Shown: in pieces, positions 51,395-61,134 of the stretch
How the letters are laid out: each line of letters starts with the position of its first letter
Numbering within the stretch: the first letter of the stretch is position 1
Assembly: GCA_963736455.1 (NCBI GenBank)
Contig: CAVTON010000001.1
Location: 2,070,513-2,134,512, forward strand
Direction of reading: 5' to 3'
Length of the DNA stretch: 64,000 nt
Source of the DNA: an uncultured Acidobacteriota bacterium
Lineage (GTDB): Bacteria > Acidobacteriota > Thermoanaerobaculia > UBA5066 > Gp7-AA6
The notes under the pieces: generated by a model
The model's input: only the letters and a program-made list of their open reading frames with translations
Told to the model about the DNA's origin: nothing
Database searches by the model: none
Program-made: the position numbers and the translations under genes

Positions 51395-52180
51395 CTATCC
51401 CCCGGCCGGTATCGCGAGTCCCGTCTCGTGCCTTTCCGAGCCGGCCCGGATCTCGAGCGCCGCGTCCGGAGCGTTGGTGGTGATCGAGCCGACGCCCGAA
51501 CCGAGCAGGCTTCGAATCTCGGCGGGATCGTCCACGGTCCACGGATGGACCGGGAGGTTCGCGGCCGCCGCCTGAGAGAGAAGCGCCGGCGAGACGAGGT
51601 CGTGCTTCGGGCCGATCGCGTCGACGGGAGGAAAGAGCGGCGCCGGCTGCGCCGGGCTCGGCAGGGCGACGGGATGATCGAACAGGAAGCTCGTCGCGAT
51701 CGCCGGAGACGCCTCGCGCATCCGCTTCAGAAACTCGGCGTCGAACGACGCGACGAGACACCGGTCGCCGACGCCGTACGCCTCGGCGAGCTTCGCGACG
51801 CGGCGCGCCATGGTGCCGTGCTGCATGGCGTTTCCGGTCTTGACCTCGACGACGTAGCGCAGCACCCGTCCGTAGCGATGGAAGACCTGCTCGAGCCGGG
51901 GAATCCGGTACTCGCCGAAATCGGACGACGGGATCGAGAGCTTCTCGAGCTCGCGCCAGGTGAAGCTGCGCACGGGAATGCGCTGCGTGCCGAGGACGAC
52001 GTCTTCGTCGTGGAAGAGGACGGCTTCGCCGTCGCGCGTCTGGCGCACGTCGAACTCGACCGCGTCGACGCCGAAGCTCTCGGCGAAGTCGAGGCTCTCG
52101 ATCGTGTTCTCTCGCGCGCGCCGCGGCGCGCCGCGGTGGCCGACGATCCAGGTGGCGTGGGGCTGGCGCCAGTCGCTCAT
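51395..52180 (-). CDS. glycerophosphodiester phosphodiesterase
   Basis: IVGHRGAPRRARENTIESLDFAESFGVDAVEFDVRQTRDGEAVLFHD, the GDPD catalytic motif. Confidence 0.75.
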   Translation of the reverse strand: MSDWRQPHATWIVGHRGAPRRARENTIESLDFAESFGVDAVEFDVRQTRDGEAVLFHDEDVVLGTQRIPVRSFTWRELEKLSIPSSDFGEYRIPRLEQVFHRYGRVLRYVVEVKTGNAMQHGTMARRVAKLAEAYGVGDRCLVASFDAEFLKRMREASPAIATSFLFDHPVALPSPAQPAPLFPPVDAIGPKHDLVSPALLSQAAAANLPVHPWTVDDPAEIRSLLGSGVGSITTNAPDAALEIRAGSERHETGLAIPAGG

Positions 52181-52190
52181 GAGCGCCGCA

Positions 52191-52910
52191 TTATGTCCGA
52201 GGAACGGCCCCGACCTCCTGGAGGATCCGATCCAGCGCCGCCTCGGGATCCGGCGCGGCCGTCACCGGGCGCCCGATCACGAGGAGGTCCGCTCCCGCCG
52301 CGACCGCGGCCGCCGGGGTCGCGATGCGCTTCTGGTCCTGTGCGTCGGCGCCCGTCGGGCGAATTCCCGGAACGACCGTAAGGAAGTCGGGCCCGCAGGC
52401 GCCGCGGATCGCCGAGAGGTCCGCCGCCGAGCAGACGACGCCGTCGAGGCCGCAGTCCTTCGCGAGCAGTGCGAGCCGGCGCGCGATCCCCTCGGGATGT
52501 CCCGCCATCGGCAGGTCCGCGAGCGCCTTCGCGTCGATCGACGTCAGGAGCGTGACGGCGATCAGGCGTTCGAGGCCCGCCCCGTCGGCGGCCTGACGCG
52601 CCGCCTCGAGCATCGCGCGTCCGCCGGAGGCGTGCACGTTCATCATCGCGGCGCCGCTGCGCGAGGCGGAGGCGACGGCGCCGGCGACCGTCGCCGGGAT
52701 GTCGTGAAACTTCAGATCGAGGAAGACCTTCGCCTTCGAGGCCGACGCGACCTCGCCGACGAGCGACGGGCCCTCCGCGACGAACGCCTCGAGCCCGACC
52801 TTCACCCATCCGACGCGGCCGGCCAGGCGCCGGGCCATCTCGACGGCCGGCGCGCGCGCCGGATAGTCGAGCGCGATGCAGACGCGATCCGACGCGCTCG
52901 ACCCGCTCAC
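52191..52910 (-). CDS. pyrF: orotidine 5'-phosphate decarboxylase
   Basis: CIALDYP...KVGLE...FLDLKFHDIPATV motifs. The GTG start overlaps the pyrD stop as GTGA. Confidence 0.8.
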   Translation of the reverse strand: MSGSSASDRVCIALDYPARAPAVEMARRLAGRVGWVKVGLEAFVAEGPSLVGEVASASKAKVFLDLKFHDIPATVAGAVASASRSGAAMMNVHASGGRAMLEAARQAADGAGLERLIAVTLLTSIDAKALADLPMAGHPEGIARRLALLAKDCGLDGVVCSAADLSAIRGACGPDFLTVVPGIRPTGADAQDQKRIATPAAAVAAGADLLVIGRPVTAAPDPEAALDRILQEVGAVPRT

Positions 52911-53857
52911 CCTTCCGCTCCCGCCTCGCCGCCGATCCGGCCGCCCCCGCGCTGTGCGCGGCCGACGAGATCGCTCACCGAGACTCGCCGCGCCTCGCAC
53001 CAGGCGGCGAGCTCGCCGACGAGGCGTCCCGAGACGCCGGGATCCTTGAAGTTCGCCGTCCCGACCTGCACCGCCGACGCGCCGGCGGCGAGAAACTCCA
53101 GGACGTCGGTGAGCGAGGCGATGCCGCCAATTCCCATGATCGGGACGTCGGGCAGCGCCTTCGCGACCTGGTAGACCATTCTCACCGCGAGCGGGCGGAT
53201 CGCCGGGCCGGACAGCCCGCCCGTCCCGAACGAGATGCGGGGCTTCGCGGTCTCGGGATCGATCGCCATGCCGACGAACGTGTTGACGAGCGAGAGAACG
53301 TCGGCGCCGGCCTCGCGCGCCGCTCGCGCCGACTCGACGAGGTCGGGCGCGTTCGGCGACAGCTTGACGATGAGCGGCCGCTCGGTCGCCGCGCGCACCC
53401 TCGCCACGAGCGAGCGCGTCAGCGGCGGCGAATTGCCGAAGAGCATCCCGCCCTGCCGCACGTTCGGACACGAGATGTTCAGCTCGACGGCCGCGATCCC
53501 CTCCGCGTCCTCGAGCGCGCGCACGACGGTGACGTAGTCCTCCTCGAGGTCCCCCCAGACGTTGGCGATCACGGTCGCGCCGAGCTCGCGCAGCCTCGGA
53601 AGCTTTTCCGTCAGGAACGCCTCGACGCCCACGTTCTGCAGCCCGATCGCGTTCAGCATTCCGGCCGGCGTCTCGCAGATGCGCGGCGGAGCGTTGCCGG
53701 CGTGGGGCTTCAGGGACAGGCCCTTCGTGCAGAGGCCGCCGATCGCGGAGAGGTCCACGAAGTCGGTGAATTCGAGGCCGTACCCGAACGTGCCTGAGGC
53801 CGTCGTGATCGGGTTCTCGAGCGCGAGGGGACCGAGCGTGACGGCGAGGGCGGTCAT
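52907..53857 (-). CDS. pyrD: dihydroorotate dehydrogenase catalytic subunit (class 1B)
   Basis: NPITTASGTFGYG, ELNISCPN, and GIGGIAS motifs. Confidence 0.85.
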   Translation of the reverse strand: MTALAVTLGPLALENPITTASGTFGYGLEFTDFVDLSAIGGLCTKGLSLKPHAGNAPPRICETPAGMLNAIGLQNVGVEAFLTEKLPRLRELGATVIANVWGDLEEDYVTVVRALEDAEGIAAVELNISCPNVRQGGMLFGNSPPLTRSLVARVRAATERPLIVKLSPNAPDLVESARAAREAGADVLSLVNTFVGMAIDPETAKPRISFGTGGLSGPAIRPLAVRMVYQVAKALPDVPIMGIGGIASLTDVLEFLAAGASAVQVGTANFKDPGVSGRLVGELAAWCEARRVSVSDLVGRAQRGGGRIGGEAGAEG

Positions 53858-53887
53858 GAGGCCTCTCGAACCGCTCCTCGGCGGCTA

Positions 53888-53977
53888 AAGGGATCCCTCG
53901 CTGCGCTCGGGATGACAGAAAGGCGTTGCAGCGGAATTGTCATCCCGAGGAGTGCAGCGACGAGGGATCCCTTTCGG
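53888..53977. repeat. single palindromic element of the GTCATCCCGAGGAGC...GGGATCCC family, between pyrK and pyrD
   Basis: AAAGGGATCCCTCGCTGCGCTCGGGATGAC, a loop, then GTCATCCCGAGGAGTGCAGCGACGAGGGATCCCTTTCG. Confidence 0.85.
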
Positions 53978-54008
53978 GTCCGGGTGAGCCTCGAAACGCC
54001 GGCGATCC

Positions 54009-54797
54009 TCACCACCGTATCTTCTCCGGGCTCAGGATCGGTCCCTCGCTGCAGGACACGATGAACGGCTTCTCGGTTCCCGGGATGACGCAGCCGAGGC
54101 AGGCTCCGAAACCGCAGCCCATCTCCGCCTCGGTCGAGAACTCGGAGGCAAGGCCCGCCGGTCCGACGACCTTCGCGAGCGCCGCGAACATCGGCATCGG
54201 ACCGCAGGCGTAGAGCCGCGCGTAGCGCGCCCCGGCGGCAAGGCGCCGCGCGAGCGCCTGGGTGACGAAGCCCCTCTCGCCGAGGGAGCCGTCGTCGGTC
54301 GCGAGAATCGTCTCTCCGGGAACGCGCCCCTCGAACCGCTCGCGGAACGAGAGCTCTCTTTCGTTGCGGCCGCCGAGGTAGAGGTCGCACGCGAGCCTCG
54401 CCCGCCCGATCGCCCGCAGCAGCGCCGGGAACGGAGCCGCCCCGATGCCGCCCGCGACGATGGCCACGCGCTCTCCGGACGGCACGTCCTCGACACGGAA
54501 GCCGTTGCCGAGCGGGCCGAGGAGGCGCACATCCGATTCCTCGGGCATCTCCTCGAGCGCCGCCGTCCCCGGCCCGATGGTCTTGATCAGGAACTCGACG
54601 CTGCCCTCCTCCGGATCGGCGTCCGCCACGGAGTAGGCGCGGCGCAGGTACGGCCGCGTGCGATCCGGAACCTCGACCATGGCGAACTGTCCCGGCGCGA
54701 CGGTTCGCGCCAGATCCGGGCAGAAGAAGGTGACGGAAAAAAGGCCGGGAGAGAAGGTCAGGCGTCGGGTGAGCGTCGCTCGGTGATCGGCTTTCAC
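54009..54797 (-). CDS. pyrK: dihydroorotate dehydrogenase electron-transfer subunit
   Basis: FAD/NAD-binding ferredoxin-reductase-type fold (RAYSVAD, GGIGAAP). C-terminal 2Fe-2S Cys cluster CGFGACLGC. Confidence 0.8.
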   Translation of the reverse strand: MKADHRATLTRRLTFSPGLFSVTFFCPDLARTVAPGQFAMVEVPDRTRPYLRRAYSVADADPEEGSVEFLIKTIGPGTAALEEMPEESDVRLLGPLGNGFRVEDVPSGERVAIVAGGIGAAPFPALLRAIGRARLACDLYLGGRNERELSFRERFEGRVPGETILATDDGSLGERGFVTQALARRLAAGARYARLYACGPMPMFAALAKVVGPAGLASEFSTEAEMGCGFGACLGCVIPGTEKPFIVSCSEGPILSPEKIRW

Positions 54798-54830
54798 CGA
54801 GGGCTCATTCTATGCGAGACGGCGAGAGCC

Positions 54831-55025
54831 TCAGGCTTCGGCGACCGCAAGTCCTCCGCGCGCGCCGTTCGCGCGCCGAGCCTTCTCGAAACATTTCTCG
54901 CAGACCAGGCGTCCGTCGACCGGCTCCGCCGCCGGCCGCGCATAGGAACCGCAGCCGTGGCACCGGCGCAGCGCCCGATGCTGGGCGTTGACGTTCGGTT
55001 CCGCCGGAGCTTCCCGTTTGATCAT
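54831..55025 (-). CDS. hypothetical zinc-ribbon small protein
   Basis: A 64-aa protein with a CHGC...CEKC pair. Confidence 0.3.
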   Translation of the reverse strand: MIKREAPAEPNVNAQHRALRRCHGCGSYARPAAEPVDGRLVCEKCFEKARRANGARGGLAVAEA

Positions 55026-55172
55026 CCCGATTCTCCTTTCGACGAGGCAGGGCTCGATACAGCACGACCCGTACCCGTTTCGCAAACACTCATTCGGCGC
55101 TACTTACGCGCACCCTGCGCGTGGGAAGTGTCGCCGAAACGACCGAATCAGTCCTCTGTCGAGGTCAGAAAT

Positions 55173-57290
55173 CTAGAACCGCACCAACCGTTCGAGCGCC
55201 TTCCGGACGTGTGACGCCTGCGGAAGGATGAAGTCCTCGACGCGCGGCTGGTAAGCGACGAAGGTGTCCGTCGCCGCCACGCGCTCGACCGGCGCATCGA
55301 GATACGAAAAAAGCTCGGAAGAGATTCGGGCGGCGATCTCGGCGCCGTAGCCCCATGATACCGGATCCTCGTAAACGACGATCGCGCGCGAGGTCTTTTT
55401 GACCGACTCCGCGATGGCCTCCCAGTCGTAGGGGTTGAGCGAGCGCAGGTCCAGGATCTCGACCGTCCTGCCGGTCTCTTCGGTGAACGCCCTGGCCGCC
55501 TGCCAGGAGCGATACACGGTGGCTCCGTAGGTGACGATGGTGGCGTCGGCGCCCTCCTGGACCCTCGAGGCCTTGCCGAAGGGGACCATGTAATCCGGCC
55601 CCGGGTACACGCCCTTGTTGTGCGTCTGCCGGTAGAGATGCTTGTGCTCGAGAAAGAGCACCGGATCGTCGCAGCGGATCGCCGTCCTCAACAGGCCGTT
55701 CGCGTCGAGCGCGTTCGACGGCATCACGACGCGCAACCCGGGGATGTGCGTCATCAGCACCGCGCCGGACTGCGAGTGATAGACCGCTCCTCCGCCGATG
55801 TAGCCTCCGATCGCCACGCGGACGACGACCGGGCACGAGAACGCGTTGCCGGAGCGCCAGCGCAGGTTCGAGAGCTCGTTGTGAATCTGCATGTACGCCG
55901 GCCAGATGTAGTCGTAGAACTGGATCTCGATCACGGGCTTCAGTCCGCGCACCGCCATCCCGATCGCGCGCCCGACGATGTTCGCCTCGGCGAGCGGCGA
56001 GTTGAAGACGCGATCGGCGCCGTAGAGCCGCTGGAGTCCCGCCGTCACCTTGAAGACGCCCCCCTTGCCCTTGCACTCGGCGAGCACGGCCTCGCGCGAG
56101 GCGTCGGCGACATCCTCGCCGAAGGCCACGATCCGCGGATCGCGCTTCATCTCGTCGCGCAGGCAGGCGTTCAGCAGGTCGACCATCGTCGTCGCGGGCG
56201 CGCCCTCGGCCGGAGCGGCCGCCGTCGAGAAGGCCGCGCTCGTCGGATCCACGTCCGGCGAGTAGACGAACTCGTAGGCAGACTCGGGCTCCGGCAGCGC
56301 GGCCGCGAGCGCGCGGTCGGCCGCCTCGTTGATCTCGGCGTCGACCTCGGCGTGAAGCCTGTCGAGATCCGGCTGGGCGAGAATTCCCTGCTCGAGCAGG
56401 AGCGTCGAGAGCCGCCGCAGCGGATCCCTCTCCTGTTCCCGTTCGCGCTCGGCCTTCGGCCGGTACATCGCCTCGTCGTCCGAGAGCGAGTGGCTGTAGG
56501 GCCGGATCACGCGCGCGTGCACGAGCGCCGGTCCCATCCTGGATCGGCAGTACTCGGCGGCGTAGCGCAGGGCGTCGTAGGACTCGAGGAAGTCCGTTCC
56601 GTCGGCCTCGGCCACGAAGAGATTCGGAAAGGACCGGACGAGCTTCGAAATCGAGCCGCCCGGGGTGTTGACCTCGACGGGTACCGAGATCGCGTAGCCG
56701 TTGTCCTCGATGAGGAAGAGGACCGGCAGCTTCAGGTTCGACGCCGAGGAGATGGCCTCCCAGAACTCGCCTTCGGAAGTCTGCCCTTCGCCGCCCGAAA
56801 CGTAGACGATCTCGTCGCGCTGGAAGCCGCCCCGATCGGCGAGCTCCGCGACGCGGCTCATCCGCCAGCCCGCCTCGGCCGCGCCGACCGCGTGCAGGAA
56901 CTGGGTGCCGGTACAGGACGACTTCGAGATGATGTTCAGCCGCTTGTGTCCCCAGTGGGCCGGCATCTGGCGGCCGGCCGAGGCCGGATCGTCCTTCGCG
57001 CCGACCGACTGGAGAAACATCTCGTAGGGGGTTACGCCGAGCTGGAGGATCAGTGCGCGATCCCGGTAGTAGCACTCGAACCAGTCGTAGCCCGGACGGA
57101 GCACCATCCCCGCGGCCGTCGTGATGGCCTCGTGGCCTACGCTGTTGATTTGAAAGTAGATCTTGTTCTGTCGCTTGAGCTGTATTTCCTTGTCGTCGAA
57201 CTTACGCGACAGGTAGATGTTGCGGTAAGCCGAGACGAGGCCGCCGCGGTCGAGGCCGTGGTAGCTGTCCGTGCGGACTTCCGTCGCCAT
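55173..57290 (-). CDS. 2-oxoacid dehydrogenase E1 component, fused alpha and beta subunits
   Basis: N-terminal TPP-binding alpha part ([26 protein letters not shown]). C-terminal transketolase-like beta part (VAFGEDV..., [13 protein letters not shown]). ATG at 57290. Confidence 0.8.
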   Translation of the reverse strand: MATEVRTDSYHGLDRGGLVSAYRNIYLSRKFDDKEIQLKRQNKIYFQINSVGHEAITTAAGMVLRPGYDWFECYYRDRALILQLGVTPYEMFLQSVGAKDDPASAGRQMPAHWGHKRLNIISKSSCTGTQFLHAVGAAEAGWRMSRVAELADRGGFQRDEIVYVSGGEGQTSEGEFWEAISSASNLKLPVLFLIEDNGYAISVPVEVNTPGGSISKLVRSFPNLFVAEADGTDFLESYDALRYAAEYCRSRMGPALVHARVIRPYSHSLSDDEAMYRPKAEREREQERDPLRRLSTLLLEQGILAQPDLDRLHAEVDAEINEAADRALAAALPEPESAYEFVYSPDVDPTSAAFSTAAAPAEGAPATTMVDLLNACLRDEMKRDPRIVAFGEDVADASREAVLAECKGKGGVFKVTAGLQRLYGADRVFNSPLAEANIVGRAIGMAVRGLKPVIEIQFYDYIWPAYMQIHNELSNLRWRSGNAFSCPVVVRVAIGGYIGGGAVYHSQSGAVLMTHIPGLRVVMPSNALDANGLLRTAIRCDDPVLFLEHKHLYRQTHNKGVYPGPDYMVPFGKASRVQEGADATIVTYGATVYRSWQAARAFTEETGRTVEILDLRSLNPYDWEAIAESVKKTSRAIVVYEDPVSWGYGAEIAARISSELFSYLDAPVERVAATDTFVAYQPRVEDFILPQASHVRKALERLVRF

Positions 57291-57563
57291 CGCGCCGCCG
57301 AATATACCAAAGGGGTCCGGGAACGCTCGGTGAGCGGCCTCCCGAGCGGCGCCTAGAACAGGCGGATCAAGCCCCAGACCTCCAGGGCCGCGAGGCCCAG
57401 GGTGACGAGCAGGAACAGGACCGCTTTCGGGTCCGGCCGTGAATTCAGATGCACCTCTTCCATGCTCCGGTTTCCCGGGTAGCAGAACCCATGCCACCCA
57501 CGAGAGTTACGTGCCCAGGGGGTCAAACGTTTTGCGTCCGAGCCTTGTTATGCTGCGTGGCCC

Positions 57564-58565
57564 ATGTCGGCGACCCTGGGAACCCCCGCTTTTCCGGCAC
57601 TTCGCGAGCGGCCGGCCCCGCCGGACCTAGCCTCGATCGATCCGCGCCTCGATCTCGAGGCCGAGATCGTCCGGCTCAAGCGACAAAAAAACGCAGTCCT
57701 GCTGGCGCACTATTACCAAGAAGAGGCGATCCAGGACCTGGCCGACTTCGTCGGCGACTCCCTCGACCTCTCGCGCCGCGCCCAGGCGAGCGACGCCCGG
57801 ATCATCGCCTTCGCCGGCGTCCGGTTCATGGCCGAGACGGCCAAGATCCTGAATCCGACCCGGAAGGTCGTCCTTCCGGACTACGAGGCCGGCTGCTCGC
57901 TGGAGGACTCCTGCCCCCCCGACGCGTTCCGCGCCTGGCGCGCCGAGCACCCAGGCGCCGCGTCTTTGACCTACATCAACTGCTCGGCCGCCGTGAAGGC
58001 GCTGTCGGACGTCATCGTCACCTCGTCGAACGCCGAGAAGATCGTCCGATCGATCCCGCCCGACCAGGAGATCCTGTTCGCCCCGGACCGCCACCTCGGC
58101 GCCTTTCTCTCGAAGAAGCTCGGCCGCGCGATGACGCTCTGGCCGGGCACCTGCATCGTGCACGAGCAGTTCTCCGAGCGCGAGATCGTGCGGCTGAAGA
58201 CCCGGCATCCGGGCGCGCTGCTCGTGGCGCATCCGGAGTGCCCCGAGGCGATCCTGCGCCACGCCGATCACGTGGGCTCGACGCGCTCGATCCTGAGCTA
58301 CGCCACGACGGCGCCGGGGAAGACGTTCCTCATCGCGACCGAGGAAGGGATCATCCACCAGATGAAGAAGCTCGCGCCCGACCGCGAGTACATTCCCGTG
58401 CCGCCGGACAACGGGTGCCAGTGCAACGAGTGCCCGTTCATGAAGCTGAACACGCTCGAAAAGCTCTACCTCTGCCTTCGCGACGAGCGGCCGGAGATCC
58501 TGCTTCCGGAGGACCTCCGCCGCGCCGCCGAGACGCCTCTGCTTCGGATGCTCGAGCTGTCGTAG
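57564..58565 (+). CDS. nadA: quinolinate synthase
   Basis: ILAHYYQ...FMAETAKIL...CPEA...GSTRS with three Cys ligands. Confidence 0.9.
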   Translation: MSATLGTPAFPALRERPAPPDLASIDPRLDLEAEIVRLKRQKNAVLLAHYYQEEAIQDLADFVGDSLDLSRRAQASDARIIAFAGVRFMAETAKILNPTRKVVLPDYEAGCSLEDSCPPDAFRAWRAEHPGAASLTYINCSAAVKALSDVIVTSSNAEKIVRSIPPDQEILFAPDRHLGAFLSKKLGRAMTLWPGTCIVHEQFSEREIVRLKTRHPGALLVAHPECPEAILRHADHVGSTRSILSYATTAPGKTFLIATEEGIIHQMKKLAPDREYIPVPPDNGCQCNECPFMKLNTLEKLYLCLRDERPEILLPEDLRRAAETPLLRMLELS

Positions 58566-58568
58566 CCG

Positions 58569-59420
58569 GTGATCGAGCCGAGCGCAGAAGCCCTCGACGC
58601 GCTCCTGCGAGCCTTCCTCGCCGAGGACGTGGGCCGGCGGGACGTCACGACCGAGTCCACCGTCCCGGCCGACGCCCGAACGCGCGGGGAGCTCGTGGCG
58701 AAGTCGGCCTGCGTCGTCTCCGGCCTGCCGGTCGCGCGCCGGGTGTTTGCTCTTCTGGACCCCGACCTCGGCTGGGAGGAGTCCGTCGCGGCGGGATCGC
58801 GCGTCGCCGCTCCGGCTCCCCTCGCGTTTCTCTCGGGCCGAGCCCGCGCGATCCTGACGGCCGAGCGGGTCGCGCTCAATCTCCTCCAGCGGATGTGCGG
58901 GATCGCGACGGCGACCCGGGCATTCGTGGACGCCGTGGCCGGAACGTCGTGCCGCATCCTCGACACGCGCAAGACCGTCCCCGGCCTGCGCCCCTTCGAC
59001 CGGCAGGCCGTGCGTGACGGCGGCGGCGTCAATAACCGGTACGATCTGTCGGAAATGGTCCTCGTCAAGGACAACCACCGGCGGCTCGCCGGGGGCGTCG
59101 CGCTGGCGGTGGCGGCGGCACGGGCCGGGGCCCCGGGCGTCGAGGTGGAGGTCGAGGTCGAATCGGAAGAGGAGCTCCGGGAGGCGCTCGACGCCGGAGC
59201 CGATCGGATCCTGATCGACAACCAGCCGCCCGAGACCGTGGCGAGCTGGTGCGCGATCGCCCGCCGGACGTCGAGGCCGCCCTTCCTCGAGGCGTCCGGC
59301 AACATGCGCCTCGAGACGGTACGCGCCTACGCGCTCGCGGGGGTCGACGCGGTGTCGGTCGGCGCCCTGACGCACTCGGTCGCCGCCGCGGACGTCTCGC
59401 TCGAGCTCTTCACGGCATGA
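58569..59420 (+). CDS. nadC: nicotinate-nucleotide pyrophosphorylase (carboxylating)
   Basis: GTG start. ILDTRKTVPGLR and LVKDNH motifs. Confidence 0.85.
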   Translation: MIEPSAEALDALLRAFLAEDVGRRDVTTESTVPADARTRGELVAKSACVVSGLPVARRVFALLDPDLGWEESVAAGSRVAAPAPLAFLSGRARAILTAERVALNLLQRMCGIATATRAFVDAVAGTSCRILDTRKTVPGLRPFDRQAVRDGGGVNNRYDLSEMVLVKDNHRRLAGGVALAVAAARAGAPGVEVEVEVESEEELREALDAGADRILIDNQPPETVASWCAIARRTSRPPFLEASGNMRLETVRAYALAGVDAVSVGALTHSVAAADVSLELFTA

Positions 59421-60976
59421 GCCCGGATCCCACCGACGTCCTCGTCCTCGGCACGGGCGTCGCCGGCTGCGCGGCGGCGCTCTCCGCGGCGCGCGCGGGC
59501 GCCTCGGTAACGATCGTCACGCGCGCGGAAGAGGCCCGGGAATCCAACACCTTCTATGCACAGGGAGGCATCGTCTCGCGCCCGCCGGGCGACACGCCGG
59601 AGCGGCTGGCCGCCGACATCGAACGGGCCGGCGACGGTCTCTGTTTCCCCGAAGCGGTCTCGCTCATCGCCCGGGAAGGGCCCGACCTCGTGCAGTCGCT
59701 GCTCGTGGACGAGCTCGGCGTTCCGTTCGATCGAGACGGCGCCGGGTTCCACTGGACGCTCGAGGGCGCGCACTCGATTCCGCGCGTCCTCCACGTCAAG
59801 GACGCCACCGGAGCGCCGATCGAGCGGGCGCTCATCGCGGCGTGCCGCAACGAGAAGAACATCCGCTGGCGGCTCGAGACGACCGCCGTCGACCTGCTGA
59901 CCCTCTCCCACGACTCGACCGATCCCGCGGACCGGTATCGCGCGCCGGCCGTGATCGGGGCGTACCTGTTGTCGCGCAACGGCGGAAACGGAGTGGCGCC
60001 CCAGCTCGCCCGCGAGACGATCCTCGCGACGGGCGGCCTCGGCCAGGTGTATCTCCACACGACGAACCCTTCCGGAGCGCGCGGCGACGGGTTCGCGATG
60101 GCCCGGCGCGCCGGGGCGCGCCTGCTGAACCTCGAATACGTCCAGTTTCACCCGACCGCGCTCGTCCATCCCAAGGGGCGCCTGCTCCTGACCGAGGCCC
60201 TCCGCGGCGAGGGCGCCCGGATCACCGACATCTCCGGGCGGCCGTTTCTGCAGGAGTTCCACCCGGACGCGGAGCTCGCGCCGCGCGACGTCGTGGCGCG
60301 CGCGATCCACCGGCGGCTCCTCGAACGCGACGAGCCGCACGTCCTGCTCGACATCTCCCACAAGAAGGCGGACTGGATCCGGAGCCGTTTCCCCGAGCTC
60401 GTCGAGCGCTGCCGCGAATACGGGTTCGACCTGACCGCGGGCCCCGTCCCGGTGGTTCCCGCCGCGCACTACTCGTGCGGCGGCGTGGCGGTCGACGGCG
60501 ACGGCCGCACCGGCCTCGGGCATCTGCGCGCGGTCGGCGAGGTCTCGTGCACCGGCGTCCACGGCGCCAACCGGCTGGCTTCGACGTCGCTGCTCGAGGG
60601 GCTGCTCTGGGGCTGGCGGGCGGGCCGCGCCGCGGCGCGCGAGGCCGAGCGCCTCCGGTCGCGCCCGCTCTCCCGCGTCCGGCCCTGGGAACCGGAGCAC
60701 GAGCCCGTGGACCCGGCCCTGATCGCCCAGGATTGGATGGTCGTTCGCCACACGATGTGGAACTACGTCGGGTTGGTGCGCTCCGAGCGGCGGCTCGACC
60801 GGGCCCGCCGGATCCTCGGAGAGCTGCGGGAAGAGATCGAGAACTTCTACCGCCGGGGAACGATGTCGGACGCCCTGGTCGGCCTGCGCAACGGCGTGCA
60901 GACGGCGCTCGCGATCCATCGGGCGGCCTCGGACAATCGGGTTTCGAAGGGGTGCCATTACCGGGTGGACGGATAG
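59417..60976 (+). CDS. nadB: L-aspartate oxidase
   Basis: ATGA overlap with the nadC stop. DVLVLGTGVAGCAAA FAD motif. HYSCGGV and GANRLASTSLLEGL motifs. Confidence 0.85.
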   Translation: MSPDPTDVLVLGTGVAGCAAALSAARAGASVTIVTRAEEARESNTFYAQGGIVSRPPGDTPERLAADIERAGDGLCFPEAVSLIAREGPDLVQSLLVDELGVPFDRDGAGFHWTLEGAHSIPRVLHVKDATGAPIERALIAACRNEKNIRWRLETTAVDLLTLSHDSTDPADRYRAPAVIGAYLLSRNGGNGVAPQLARETILATGGLGQVYLHTTNPSGARGDGFAMARRAGARLLNLEYVQFHPTALVHPKGRLLLTEALRGEGARITDISGRPFLQEFHPDAELAPRDVVARAIHRRLLERDEPHVLLDISHKKADWIRSRFPELVERCREYGFDLTAGPVPVVPAAHYSCGGVAVDGDGRTGLGHLRAVGEVSCTGVHGANRLASTSLLEGLLWGWRAGRAAAREAERLRSRPLSRVRPWEPEHEPVDPALIAQDWMVVRHTMWNYVGLVRSERRLDRARRILGELREEIENFYRRGTMSDALVGLRNGVQTALAIHRAASDNRVSKGCHYRVDG

Positions 60977-61041
60977 AGATAAACGTGACCCCTCTCCCGG
61001 CGGGACCCCGTCCACCAGAGGCAGACCCTCAGCAGTAGGGT

Positions 61042-61066
61042 GCGCCGTGCGAAGCACGGCGTTTTC
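61042..61066. terminator. rho-independent terminator GCGCCGTGC-GAAG-GCACGGCG-TTTT
   Basis: An 8-bp GC stem followed by a T tract, 65 nt after the nadB stop. Confidence 0.65.
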
Positions 61067-61134
61067 GGGGGTAGGGGTGAGGGGGGGGTCGGCGTGAGGA
61101 GGGGTCTCCACCGACGCTATATAGTCCCGCCTCT

